A stretch of 63,984 nucleotides of DNA, counting the filler, from Octopus bimaculoides (Eukaryota), in the NCBI RefSeq assembly GCF_001194135.2. It is 4 parts of 4 records of this genome, joined end to end, with 100 filler letters (N's around TTAATTAATTAA, not from the genome) between each part and the next. Parts side by side here need not be neighbours in the genome. Positions count along the whole stretch, not along the records: positions 15,382 to 35,768 come from NC_068994.1; positions 35,869 to 62,578 come from NC_068981.1; 2 more parts are not named here. One strand, given 5' to 3'. The notes beneath the pieces were generated by a model, which saw only the letters and a program-made list of their open reading frames with translations, ran no database searches and had not been told where the DNA came from. Position numbers and translations under genes: made by a program. Below, in pieces: positions 23,625 to 36,185 of this stretch (its first letter is position 1; every line of letters begins with the position of its first letter).

Positions 23625-26266
23625 GTAGCAAAGACTGTGGAATACATCCAACTCAAAAACATTTTTAAATTACAATACGCAAACAAAAATTTGCTACTTT
23701 CTCGAAGCAACAGACTCTTCCCAACATGAATGGGAAAAAATCCGACCAATCTAATGTCTATGGTTATCAATGATGTTGCTGGAGAGCACATGGAATCATG
23801 TGATGTTAATTACTGGAATATTAATACTCTTATATACACAGCCACTATTACTCTTAAAGAATAACTAGGAGAAATCTACAGTGAACTAAGTAACGAAATT
23901 ACTAAACGAAAACAACCTAAATGGAAAACAAAACTTGAAGAAAACATCAACAACGTGCGCCGCTATATTGGATGGTTCACAGTAAAATGTAAGGAGAAAA
24001 CTGAATTTACATCTCACCAACGCTAACTTAGACAAAAATTAACGAAAATTTATGGCAACTCTTCACACCGAGCTCTTGAGGGAAAGCTAATCACTTTAAA
24101 ACATGTAGTCAGGACGATGTGCGAGAAACTCTGCTATTGTAAGCGAATTTTTGAGTGAGCCAGTATCAATCACAAGTTTGCTTCCAACCCACAAGCATTA
24201 TACAGAGAGATAAGGAAGGAAAATATTAGCATTAAGAAAGCTCCTTCCCACAAAAATCTACAATCATTCTGGTCAAAAATTTGGAACGAAAAGAGGGATT
24301 TCAACCTGAATGCATCATGGTTAAATACAATTGAGAAGGAATACTGTACTAACACTGACAGTAAAACATACAAAATTGATGCAGAAACCTTCGCTATAGC
24401 AGTAGGCAAACTGCAGAAGGGGAAAGTATCTGGAAGGGATCTAATAGTTGGATATTGGTACAGGAAACTGACATTTTATAGAAACTCATTGATATATATA
24501 TGTTCAAAAGGACTATGGAAGGTCAGACTGATATACCACATTGGCTTGCTTCAGCAAGGACGAATCTTGTTGCCAAAAATGAAATCACCCCATTGTTTGC
24601 CTAAACATTATATACAAACTGTACATAAGTTGCCTCAACTAATTCCTCCAGGACCATTGTGAGTCGAACAGCAGTGTGACTGATGAACAGGTTGGTGGAA
24701 AGAAGGGAGTATGGGAATGTGCCGAACAACTTTTAATAAACAAAGCTGTACTGTCTGAAACCTTGTGACAGTATGGCTTGACTATAAAAAGGCATTCGAC
24801 TCTATCTCTCATTCATGGCTATTGAAGTACCTACATCTGGCAAAATTACCTACTACCTTAATTGCTGCTATAGAGACTCACAAAGGCATAGACAACTATT
24901 CTTTACTTTACTACTGAGAACAGAATAATTGTTTCTAATATTATAGGTATTAAAAAGGGAATATTCCAGGGAGATAGTCTTTCTGAATCCATTATCGTAC
25001 CTACTGCAGAAAACAAATGGTTACATGCTAGGATCTTCAACTGCCAAAAATAACAATGTAACTCATGATTTCTTTGTAGACAACCTGAAGATTTAAGCCA
25101 AAAGTGTTAACAATGCCAAAATATGGCAGTCGGAACGTTTCTCTTACAACAAACCAATATCCCACACTGGATTTGCAGTACCAGTGCTGATCCCAACATT
25201 TGGGATACCTGATTGGTCTGTAGAGGAAATCCACTCCATAGATATCAAAACCTGCAAAATCCTTCCCCAGAAAGAGTGATGTTGACACGTTCTACCTAAG
25301 AAGTCAAGGTGGTAGAGGCAAAAATAAAAATATTAATGCAGTACTATATATTATACAGCACTAAAACATTTGAGCCCTCTTACCTCAGAGAAGACCTGGA
25401 TGGAAAGCATTCAGCATACAAAAAAAAATAATATGCATGGGTATGTTGCCTTGAAATTTGAAGACAGTAGAATTGACACGAAGCGCAGCCTGTCTTGGAC
25501 TCAAGGCCACTACATCATTTTGACACAAGCCCACTACATCACTTTGAAGGCTATGCGTTTGCAATTCAGGAACAGGAGATTGCCACAAAGTACCTGGTGA
25601 ACAAGAGAAACAGTGACGCTCTTGTAATCCCAAGGTGCAACTGCATGTGTAGGCTATGTCGTGTTTATGTAGAAGACATTACGCATGTGATTAGCAGCTG
25701 TCCTAGAATGTCATCACGGTACTGCCTCCCTATGCGGCACGATTTTGTTGCTAAAACAATTTACAATGCCATCCGCAAAAAAGACTGTCCTTAAATAAAC
25801 TTAGAAAATCCCTCTGTTATGGAAAACATTCATAAACACCAACTCAAGGAATAGTGGTGGAATATTCTCATCAAAACTTATGTCAAATGTAAGCATAACA
25901 GGCTGGATATTGTTGTTTTGGGACAGAGAGGTAAAGGTATGTACCGTCATAGAGGTTAGCTGCCCTGCAGATATAAATATCTCTGAAAATCAAAGAAAAA
26001 GAGGATATCAATGGATGATTGCTTCGAAACCTCCAGCTTCTATATCCAGACAATGAATTCATATTCATACCAATGATAATTGGAGCACTAGGTTTTTTTA
26101 GTAAATGCTTAAAGAAGAATCTGGATAAACTGAGATTTTCAGAAAAAGAAATTGACTGATTCGTACATTACAAGTCCAATCTGTGAGTGGAACAGTAAAA
26201 ATATGCAAGACTTTTCTCAAGTTCCAAATGTGAATTTGTCTGTGTTAACTACATTTCAAAGATGGG

Positions 26267-26267
<1 letters not shown>
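23625..26267 (+). mobile_element. R4/Dong-clade (RLE) non-LTR retrotransposon, 5'-truncated and decayed
   Basis: RT motifs EQVGGKKG, WLDYKKAFDS, KKGIFQGDSLS, FFVDNLK. CCHC CRLCRVYVEDITHVISSCP...RHD. RLE HNRLDIVV...IEVSCPAD...IPMIIGALG. The 3' end runs into (CTT)n. Confidence 0.88.
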
Positions 26268-26297
<30 letters not shown>

Positions 26298-26368
26298 CTT
26301 CTTCTTCTTCTTCTTCTTCTTCTTCTTCTTCTTCTTCTTCTTCTTCTTCTTCTTCTTCTTCTTCTTCT
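26268..26368 (+). repeat. (CTT)n microsatellite of about 33 units
   Basis: Directly visible. Confidence 0.97.
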
Positions 26369-26512
26369 ATTTTTTATCCTATTTTTATATAATTATCTTT
26401 TTTATATACTTTTTATATATTTTTTCTCTTTTCTGTATATATTCTTTTGTATGTATACTTGTAAGAAAAAATCTTTTGATATTTAAGCAACCACTAATAC
26501 ATACATTTTTCA

Positions 26513-29500
26513 GTTTGAAAACGGTTGTACTTCGTATTGGAAGTGTATTCAGAGCTCTTCTATTTTGTTAAGTACCCGTTGTTTTGTTGAATTTTTGTTG
26601 AACTGTTTTCTGTTATGTGTTTTTAAAACACATTATCTGCATTATAGCAGATTTGTTCTACGTCCCCCCCCCACCACTGTTTAATGAGGGAAACTAAAAA
26701 TATATTGTTACACTCATTTTAGAAAATGAGTAGTCTTCCGACAAGGAGGCCAATCAAGGTGAATTCCTTGAATTATTGCTTGAAAAATTTTCTAAAAGTG
26801 TGAACAATGAAAATACACAGAAAGAGAATACATTTATGCAACAGATTATCGAAGGAAGAAAAAACGTCAAAATTTTGCAGCAGTCGCTGGGATTACCAGT
26901 GAGAATATTAAAATCGAGATGAACGAACTGGGAAAATACAGAGGCCTTCTCCAGAGAGAGTGACACAATGTGAAATTGACACCTGGAGAAGTGACCCACA
27001 CCACACAAAGAAAAACGGTGATATACAAAACGTATTCACTAAAAAACATAAAATTGACATGGCCTCCAGAGAAGCTATAGAGAAATGTCTCCAGCCTATA
27101 TGGCAGGAGACAACTTACATAGCACGTGAGAAATAATTCGCCACTGTGGAGGTGAGATTTCAATCTGAGGAAAAAGCCAGGCAACATTCGACCACCTCAC
27201 TAAAAACAGTTGAATTGGTTCTCCTGCCCACGTACCTTGGAAGGCGTACTTCCAAGGTGAAAGTAGGGAAAATACAGCCTGAGGTGGATATTGACTGGCA
27301 CGTGGTGGCATTGGTATTAAACTTGGAAGATAAAATTACCATCCTCCGAATTCACCCAAACAAAATTGGCAGGGGCAGGGATTAGAAATGCTAATCCAAG
27401 CTGCCACAGCGGACCTGGAAAGAATACCAGATACAATTTACATCGGAGAGGAATCCAATCTGAGGGTCATGGTGGAGGGACGTAAGCCTCGTTGCTATAA
27501 GAGTGGTCAAAAGGGCCACATAAAAGCAGAATGCCCACCACCATCCACACCACCAGTAGAAACGGTGAAGGAAACACGGAATCCAGCTCCAATGAAGTCC
27601 CAAAATCAGGAAAAAGAACGGCACGAGACACAGAATCATAATAACAACACAAGGACACAGATTGGACCATCGTCACCCCATCCCAAAAAAGCAGAAAAAG
27701 AAAGAACTCCCTCCCAATCCCCACAGCCACTAATACACACACGCACCCACCACAAGCACACGCGATCCCAAACTCCACCACCGACTACCCCACAAAACGT
27801 GCATTAATATAACAGCCATATACTCTAACAATATCGAACTAAAGGAAAATAATAAAATCAATATCTTCTGTAAAACCATTCTATGCACCAAAAAGCCCAG
27901 ACATCCCTCCCCATATTCATTTTGTCCTAATAGACAATGTTAATCATGCCATGTTCAAAAGTTCATATCCTGAGGACATTGGTCCTCTTCAAAAAAACTT
28001 CTCGTTACATCTATATCAATTTCTGGAAGGAACCCCACAAACCACAACACTTGAGAAATCGGATGAAGTGGGATTACCGTCCTCCCTCCTCAATAAGTAA
28101 AGGTAAGGCTCAATCTAAGTTGTATAAATGTGCGCAGCCTGGGGTCGGATTAGAAGCAAAGCTGTCTCCGTGATGACCTCAGGTCGCGTAAGTTGGATTT
28201 AAAGTCACTACTGAAATCAGACTGAGTGCATTACGGGCTTTTTCGCCCCTCCTAAACGGCTACGAGAAATGCATTTCTCCAACCTGGAGGAGGTGGGGAA
28301 GAGTTGCAGTTCTACTCAGGAAAAATCTGGATTTATAGATAAGAACAATCTTTGTAGACACAGAGGGCAGGTTGGTCGTCCTTGATGTGATGCACAGCAG
28401 CTGTAAAGCCTTCAGGTGGGTAGCTGTCTATGTTCCTTGCGGAGCTGAGCAGTCTGACTATTTCAGAAGCTTAGAGAATTTTCTAGGAACGTCACACACT
28501 TTAGTAATGGTAGGAGGCTTCAACACAATTTGCGATGCACGCATAGATTGTGTAGGCTTCAATCCCGATAGGAGTTGAACCTTTGCTTCAGCGGTCTGCT
28601 CAGTCGTTTTCAGCTGGCAGATCGATATAGACTAGATTACCTGAACGTTCCATTGTTGGCATGGGCTAATAACGACGGGGCTTCCAGATCTTATCTACAT
28701 AGGATAATATTTAGAACTAAAAATAAAAACATAACTTGTCCACAATTTCATATTGTCAACTACAGTGACCACAAATTTGTGACCTGTAAGCTCGACTCAG
28801 GTTGTGTAGATAGGGACCCGGTCACTGGAAACTAAACAGGTCACTTTTGGCCTGTAAGCCTTAAAAGAGCTGCATTAGACAGTTGGTAATCGGTAATTAA
28901 CCGCGATTGCATTATGAAAAAAAATGGTGGTATGCCCTCAAAATAGTCATTAAATTTGAGTCTTTTAGATTTAGAAAAGAGTTAGACAGTAATAGAAAAA
29001 GAATAGAAAGGGCTTTAGTTAAGGCTCTAGAGAAGGCAATGAGGTCGTTCTGCATCCAAAGTTTTAGCGGCGAGATCGGCGCTCGACCAACATCTCAACG
29101 CTAAACACGAAGGATGCATTGTCAGAGCAATGCTACTTGCAATGGGACAAGAGGGAATCAACGTCGCCGGATGGGCTCGTGTGGTAGAGGCCCAACGTGT
29201 AAATGATGCCACAATAAAGTCTTTGACGGATCAACATGAACGTTCAGTAAACGAACCCGCGGAGATGTGTAAGGTTTTTCACGTGCATTTCGTTCAGCTG
29301 TTTGGGAGAGGCGGTGGGATGGAGCGTAGGGAGGACTAGATGGTCTCCCCTACGATCTGTATTATAGTACGCCAGACTTGTTTGGGCACCTACTAGCATG
29401 CGTCTACACCAACTGGCAGCAGAATGGGAGTATTCCTAAGTCTGTGAGACGGAGGAGGTCTTGGAGTTGCTAAGAAAGGACCCAAACAAGGGCGATGTAA

Positions 29501-30927
29501 TAGATAATTTTAGGCCTATCACTCTGCTTAACGCAGAGCTGAAGATTTTGTCCAAGGTACTAGCAAAAAGGTTGGCGCTGGTCGTGGGTAAACTTGTTGA
29601 GGAGGCGCAAACCTGCACCAACCCCGGCAAGTCAATACACGACAATCTCCACCTTATACGCTACACCTTAAAGAGGGTTATTAGAATTCCTGGCAAGGAT
29701 GGAACATTGGTCCATTTAGACAAATATATAGCGTTTGAGAGGGTTGACCATGGGTGTCTGGCAACAGGCCTGGCGGCGGCTGGCTTTCGCATTACCTTCC
29801 GTAGGGGGAATCACCGTTTTATATAGCGACATCAAATCGATCGTTCGGGTGAACGGGTCCTTTTCGGAATCGTTCTGCATTGAGCGCTCGGTCCAGCAAG
29901 GGTGCCATCTCTCCCCACTTCCGTATGTTTTGGCTTTCGAGCCATTACTGCGGACGTTGGAGCCTATGAGAGACATCCCACGAGATTTAAGGTGCGGAAA
30001 ACCGGTTTCGGCATGTGCGAATATCATTGTATTGTACCCCAGGTCAAACATCTACAGTGGGTAGGTAAGGCTATAAAGGATTAAGAAGCGGTGGCAGGAG
30101 CAAACATTAACCGGGATAAATCGGAGGACTTGCAGCTCGGCACCTGGAGAGACAAGTCGATGCCACCCAACAGTGCCGTTAGATATTGGATGGACGGACC
30201 GGTAAAAATGCTAAGCATCTGGTTTGGTCCAGACTTCCAGAGAGAGAAAAACTGGAGCGAGGTTGCAAGCAAGGTGGTTCTCCCAACCCAGACCTGGTCT
30301 GAGCGGAAGCTATCCCTGAAAGGGAGGGTAGAGGTTATAAATGTCTTTATCACAGTGAAACTGTTCTGCACGCAATTGTGTAGTGCCCAAAGCTTTCGGA
30401 ACCATGGGTTTATGTTGAACATCTACTGTCACGACTGGGAAGAGTACAACTGTCACCCGCGTCTATAATTAAGATTGTTCCACCGCCTTCTCTGAACAGG
30501 GGGAGGCAGGCTTGTTTCTTCTGTTCTATTGCGAAAGTGGTAGTATAGAAGACGCGTGTGAAAGGAATTGTGATAGACAGCTTTGGGTTAGTTAACTTTT
30601 TCATTTACAACCTAAAAAGAAAAATAAGGCTGGAGTGGAGATGCTTGCCACCAAGTGTATTCAGGAAAAGATGAAAGATTGTAGTGAACCCTAACCTACT
30701 TGAATGAAAACTAAAAAGGAAAAGTTAACAGGATAGTGATGGTGCGTGGTTTGTGGGGTCCCCGCTTGCATCATTCTACTTTTTGTTAAGTCATCCAATA
30801 CTTATATTTTGCATTAATTTTTAATTACATGTTCCTTCATGTTGTTTTTCACTCGGCCCCCGACCCTTGTCTGTCCCTGTATTATCCCATCTTTATTTTG
30901 ACCTCTATGGTTAATAAAAAAAATAAA
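26513..30927 (+). mobile_element. Tx1/L1-clade LINE copy A (ORF1 with zinc knuckle; ORF2 APE-RT), decayed
   Basis: ORF1 VEGRKPRCYKSGQKGHIKAEC. EN RWVAVYVP...LVMVGGFN. RT NFRPITLLNAELKILSKVLAKRL, SVQQGCHLSPL. T-rich 3' UTR ending aataaaaaaaataaa. Confidence 0.9.
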
Positions 30928-33900
30928 GTTTGAAAACGGCTACAACCTGTGTTGAACGTCTTTCGAGACTTTACCTGATTATTAACGGATGTATTGTTGC
31001 TGCTGTGGAATTGTAGGTTTGCTTTTTACTTGTTATTGTTTACGAACTGTTACCACTTTGTTTTTTTGTGTCCTGTCGACGCATTACCTGTCTTTGAGCA
31101 GGGTTGTTTCTCTCTAATTTCCCTATTTTAGGGGCGAATTAATTTCTCCTTTTTCGTGTATTTTACACAATACAAACAATGGATATGGAAAAAATCGAAA
31201 ACGCCACCAACAGAGTAGCCAAATAGAAGTCCTAAAAAATTATTATAACAAATTCCCCTCCCTCCCAAACCACGATAACAGAGAGAAACTAAACTCAACA
31301 GTTATGAATTCGGATAACCTACCAGCTAAAATACACACAAACGACAAAATTAATTTCGCTACTGTAGGCAGCATTAATACGGCAAACTTCACAGTCAACT
31401 TGAATGAATAAGAAAATACAAAGATCTACTAACGAAAGACGGTACTAACGTAAAATTAACACCCCACGAAGGAACTAATATTATCCACTCAAAGGAAAAC
31501 CATTATTTTCAATACCTTATCATTGAAAACTAAGAAAATAGAAATGGCTTCGAAAGAAGTCATAGAAGAATGCCTCCATCCAATTTGGCAGGATATCAAA
31601 TTTATAAAAAGAAGAAAACACTATGGACAAGTCGAGGCGAGTTTCGCTTCCGAAAAAGTAGTCAAAAAGTATTCAACAATACCTCTAAAGTTGGCAGAAC
31701 TGGTGTTATTGCCGACTTACATGGGAATGCGAACCTCACGAATCAGGATAGGAGAGGTCCCACTAGAAATAGACGCGGTGTGGATGGTGGCAGCCGTTTT
31801 GCTAAATATGGTGAGTAGAATTACTATCCTCCGAGCTACCGAGCTGCACCAACAGAACTGATGGGGTCAAGGCCAAGAGCTTATCATACAGGCCACACAA
31901 CAAGACCTGGAAAATATAACCGATCATGTAATACTTCCCGATGGAATAGCCCTAAGAATAACGGTGGAGGGGAGAAAACCTCGGTGTTACAAATGTGGGC
32001 AAAGGGTCACATAAGATCCGAATGCCGAAAAGATCAACGATAAACGGTACCCCCTCCACCAACCAACTCTACACTAAATGAGACCCCAGAACAAGTCACA
32101 AAGAAGCCAGTCAATACGCTGGAAAAATCCAAAACCGAAATCCCAAGAGAAAGAAAAAACAAAGAAACCAAAAGAGACACTCAAGACAATGAAGACACCC
32201 TGGATGAATGGACAGTAATTTAAAAAAAGACGAAGGAAAAATACATCCCACACACACAGGAACACCACAGACACCCATACACCCACACCCACTACAGACC
32301 AACCACAACCACCCGACACATTACCCACAAAATCAGTTATTAATATCACAGCAATCAAGACACAATAATATTTTGGTCGAAATCACAAGAAACAACCCAC
32401 ACGTTACACCTTATACACCCACTACAAACACAATTTTACCCGACAACATTGCTTGCTTCAATATAGATAGTATCACATACATAGAATTAAAAGATAAATA
32501 CCCAAATGACATGAGAACTTTACAATAACTTTCTCAAGACATCTATATTCTGGACTCAAGAACAGCACCCCACAAACCACCGCGGAAGAGGTTATATCAC
32601 CACTCCTCAACAAATAAAAATTGTAAGTAAATGAAATCATTATATTCTCGCTCAAGCTCGGTAGCATAAATATCCGCCGCCTGGGGATGGCTTGAAGCAA
32701 AGCTGTCTCCTTGACGACCTCAGGTCACAGTCTGGATTTAATAATCACTACTGAAACCAGGCTACAAGCTTTTTTACCCCTTCTGAATGGCTACGAGAAA
32801 TTTATTTCTCCATGTCAACCTGGAATGTGGTACGAGTTGTAATCCTCCTCAGAAAAAAATCTGGGATTAGAGATAAATTCAATCTTTGTAGATCCGGAGG
32901 GCAGGTTGGTCATCCTTGATGTGACGCACAGCAGCGGTAAGACCTTCAGGTTGGTGACTGTCTATGCTCCTTGCCAGTAATAGAAATAGAATAGAAAGGG
33001 CTTTAGTTAAGGCTCTAGAGGATGGTAATGAGGTCTGGCTCTGCATCTAACGTTTTGGCAGCGAGATTGGCTCTTGACCAACATCTCAAAGCTAAACATG
33101 AAGGATGCATTGTCAGAGCAATGCTACTTGCAATGGGACAAGAGGAATCAACGTTGCCGGATAGGCTCGTGTGGTAGAGGCCCAGCGTGGCAATGATGCC
33201 ACAGTAAGGTCTTTGACGGATCAACATGAGCGTTCAGTAAACGAACCTGATGAGATGTGCAAGGACCTTCACCAGTATTACACCCAGCTGTTTGGGAGAG
33301 GCGGTGGGCCGGAGCATAGGGAGGACCTCATGAACTTCCTCACCATTCTACGCGTCTCTCGCTGTGGGAAGCAGAATGCTGTGAGGGGGCGATCACAGCT
33401 GCAGAAGTGGAGGTAACTTTATCGGACTGTGGTCGCCGGGGTTAGATGCCCTCCCCTACGAACTGTATTATAGTATGCCAGACTTGTTTGGGCACCTACT
33501 AGCATGCGTCTACATCAACTGGCAACAAAATGGGTATACACCTAGGTCTGTGAGTCGGGGGATGAGGTCGTGGTGCTGTTAACAAGGGATCCAAACAAGG
33601 GTGATGTAATAGATAATTTTAGGCCCATCACTCTGCTTAACGCAGAGCTGAAGATCGTGGTAAACTTGTTGGGGAGGCACAAACCGGCACCATCCCCGAC
33701 AGGACAATTCGCAACAATCTCCACCTTATACGCTATACTTTAGAGAAGGTTAACAGGATTCTTGGCAAGAGTGGAGCATTGGGTCATTTAGACCAATATA
33801 AAGCATTTGATAGGGTTGACTATAGGTATCTGGCTGCAGTCCGCGTGGCAGCTGGGTTTGGCCCGACCTTCCGTGGGTGGATCACCGCTTTATATAGCGA

Positions 33901-35326
33901 CATCAAATCGATCTTTCAGATGAACGGGTCCTTTTCGGAACCGTTCTACATTAAGCGCTCGGTCTGTCAAGGATGTCCTCTCTCCTCCGCTACTGTATGT
34001 TTTGGCCCTTGAGCCATTACTGCGGAGATTGGAAGCTGTGAGAGACATCCCGCGAGATCTAAGGTGCGGAAAATCGGTTCGGCATATGCGGATGACATCA
34101 CCGTCAGCGTATCGAAGGGCAAACACCTAGGTAAGGCCATAAAAGATTACGAAGCGATGGCAAGAGCAAACATTAACCGATCTGTAATTACCTACCTCCA
34201 AACCGTTGTGCCTTGCTCAGATTCGTGGCTAAACAAGTTGGAACGTATGCTCTTCAGCTTTTTGTAGAGGGACAGGGGGCCTCTTGTAAGGCGCTCTGTC
34301 TACTGCGAACAACCGCTAAAGGGTGTGCTTGGGATTCTGTGGCTAAAAATGCGCAGGCAGGCATGCACTGAGACTGAAGCGCCTCAATCTCTACCTGGAC
34401 GGTGAACAAGCGTGGTCTCCGTTTGTCAAGATGTTGCTTCCTCGGTTCACTTCTTTCCGTGAGCTGAACCCATGGATTAAGCGCAGATCAAAGTTGGGAG
34501 CATAGCAAGAAGAATGTCGTAAGGCATTCTTGCTTCTCTCCCGGATGAGCAACTCCGGTGGATGGGGTTCCACCTCATTCTATAGAGGGTTGGTAGAGGC
34601 CAAGTGTGACGATGCCCTGGGGAAAACCTTGGGTTTCGATGACAGTCAGCTTGCCGGTCTGTACCGCAGAACATTTGGGTCAGAGTTTATGGACAATTTC
34701 CAGAAATCCCTGACATGGTAATGTTACCGAGGAGACCACGCAATTGTGCAGTGTCCGAGACTTTCGGAACTATGGGTTTATGTTGAAGATCTGCTGTCAG
34801 GACTGAGAAGAGTACAACTGTCAACCGAGTCTATATTTAAGATTGTTCCACCGCCTTCTCTGAACAGGAAAGGGCAGGTTTGTTTCCTCAGCGTAGTGGC
34901 TATTGCGAAACAGGTAGTATGGAAGTCGCATGTGAAAGGAATTATGGCAGGCACCATCATCTGCAACTTTGGATTAGTTAACTTTTTCACCTTCCATCTT
35001 AGAAGGAAAATAAGGCTGGAGAGGAGATGCTTGCCACCCGGAGTATTTGAGAAAAGGTGGAAGAAAGTAGCGAATATGTTGAGAATGAATGAATCAGCTT
35101 GAGCGACAACAAAAGTGAAAATCAAGAGATCAATGTTGGAACATGGTTTGTAGGGTCACTCAATTCTCTCACTACGCAATTGTTTATCATCCGCTTCTCA
35201 TATTTGTACCACAAATTTTTAAATATATGTATATACATTTTGTTATATTATTCGACCCCCGATCCCTTGTCTATCTTTGTACCGTCCCCTCTTTATTTTT
35301 AATCTTTATGGCGAATAAAGAAAAAT
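30928..35326 (+). mobile_element. Tx1/L1-clade LINE copy B, head-to-tail after copy A, decayed
   Basis: ORF1 KPRCYKCGQ.GHIRSEC. ORF2 LDQYKAFDRVDY, SVCQGCPLS, SAYADDIT, C-terminal QCPRLSELWVYVE...KRWKKVANML. 3' aataaagaaaaa. Confidence 0.9.
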
Positions 35327-35495
35327 GTTTGAAACGGCTACGAGAAGCTTGAAACTCATATCCGAGTAACTCACTGTAAACATTCTTATTAAGATTAAAA
35401 TAAAAATTATCCCCTCAAAAAAAAGCCATCTCTATTCATTCTTTCAAATATATATAATACTGTACCAAGAACTTTCTCTTTACTATTCTACTATA

Positions 35496-35531
<36 letters not shown>

Positions 35532-35534
35532 TGT

Positions 35535-35700
35535 GTCCCCCTACCCCCGCTTGACTACCGATGTTAGTGTGTCCCGTGACATAGCGGTTCGGCAAAAGAA
35601 AACGATTGAATAAATACTAGGCTTACAAAGAACAAGTCCTGTTCTTTGACTGCATGACCGCAGTCAAATGACTGAAACAAGTGAAAGAATAAAAATAAAA
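35535..35700 (+). mobile_element. SINE family B copy
   Basis: Homologous to 21765-21955. Confidence 0.75.
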
Positions 35701-35721
35701 GAGCATATATATGTATATATA

Positions 35722-35768
<47 letters not shown>

Positions 35769-35868
35769 NNNNNNNNNNNNNNNNNNNNNNNNNNNNNNNN
35801 NNNNNNNNNNNNTTAATTAATTAANNNNNNNNNNNNNNNNNNNNNNNNNNNNNNNNNNNNNNNNNNNN
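35769..35868. other. Artificial assembly linker
   Basis: 44N-TTAATTAATTAA-44N. Confidence 0.95.
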
Positions 35869-36185
35869 CCTGTCTTGAACTCCTCTGTGATTGCCTGGAG
35901 GACTATGGTAAATAATAGGGGGCTGAGGACGGAACCTTGGTGGACCCCTACCTCTACCCGGAATTCATTGCTGTACTCATTTCCAACCCTCACCTTACTG
36001 GCCGCATCTCTGTACATGGCTCGCACAGCTCTCACTAGCCATTCTTCTATCCCAAGTTTCCTCATTGACCACCAGATAAGGGATCGGGGGACCCTGTCAA
36101 AGGCTTTCTCCATGTCAACGAAAGCCAGGTACAGAGGTTTATCCTTGGCTAGGTATTTCTCTTGCAACTGTCTCACTAGTAGAAA
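35869..36185 (-). mobile_element. RTE-clade LINE RT fragment
   Basis: RQLQEKYLAKDKPLYLAFVDMEKAFDRVPR...VGVHQGSVLSPLLF. Confidence 0.92.

Noticed and set aside
35348-35375. GAAA-CTC-atatcc-GAG-TA, the 3' half of a possible hammerhead next to the Tx1 junction
   Set aside because: No CUGANGA or stem I partner found upstream, nor before copy A, so the idea that the Tx1 target is a ribozyme is unsupported.
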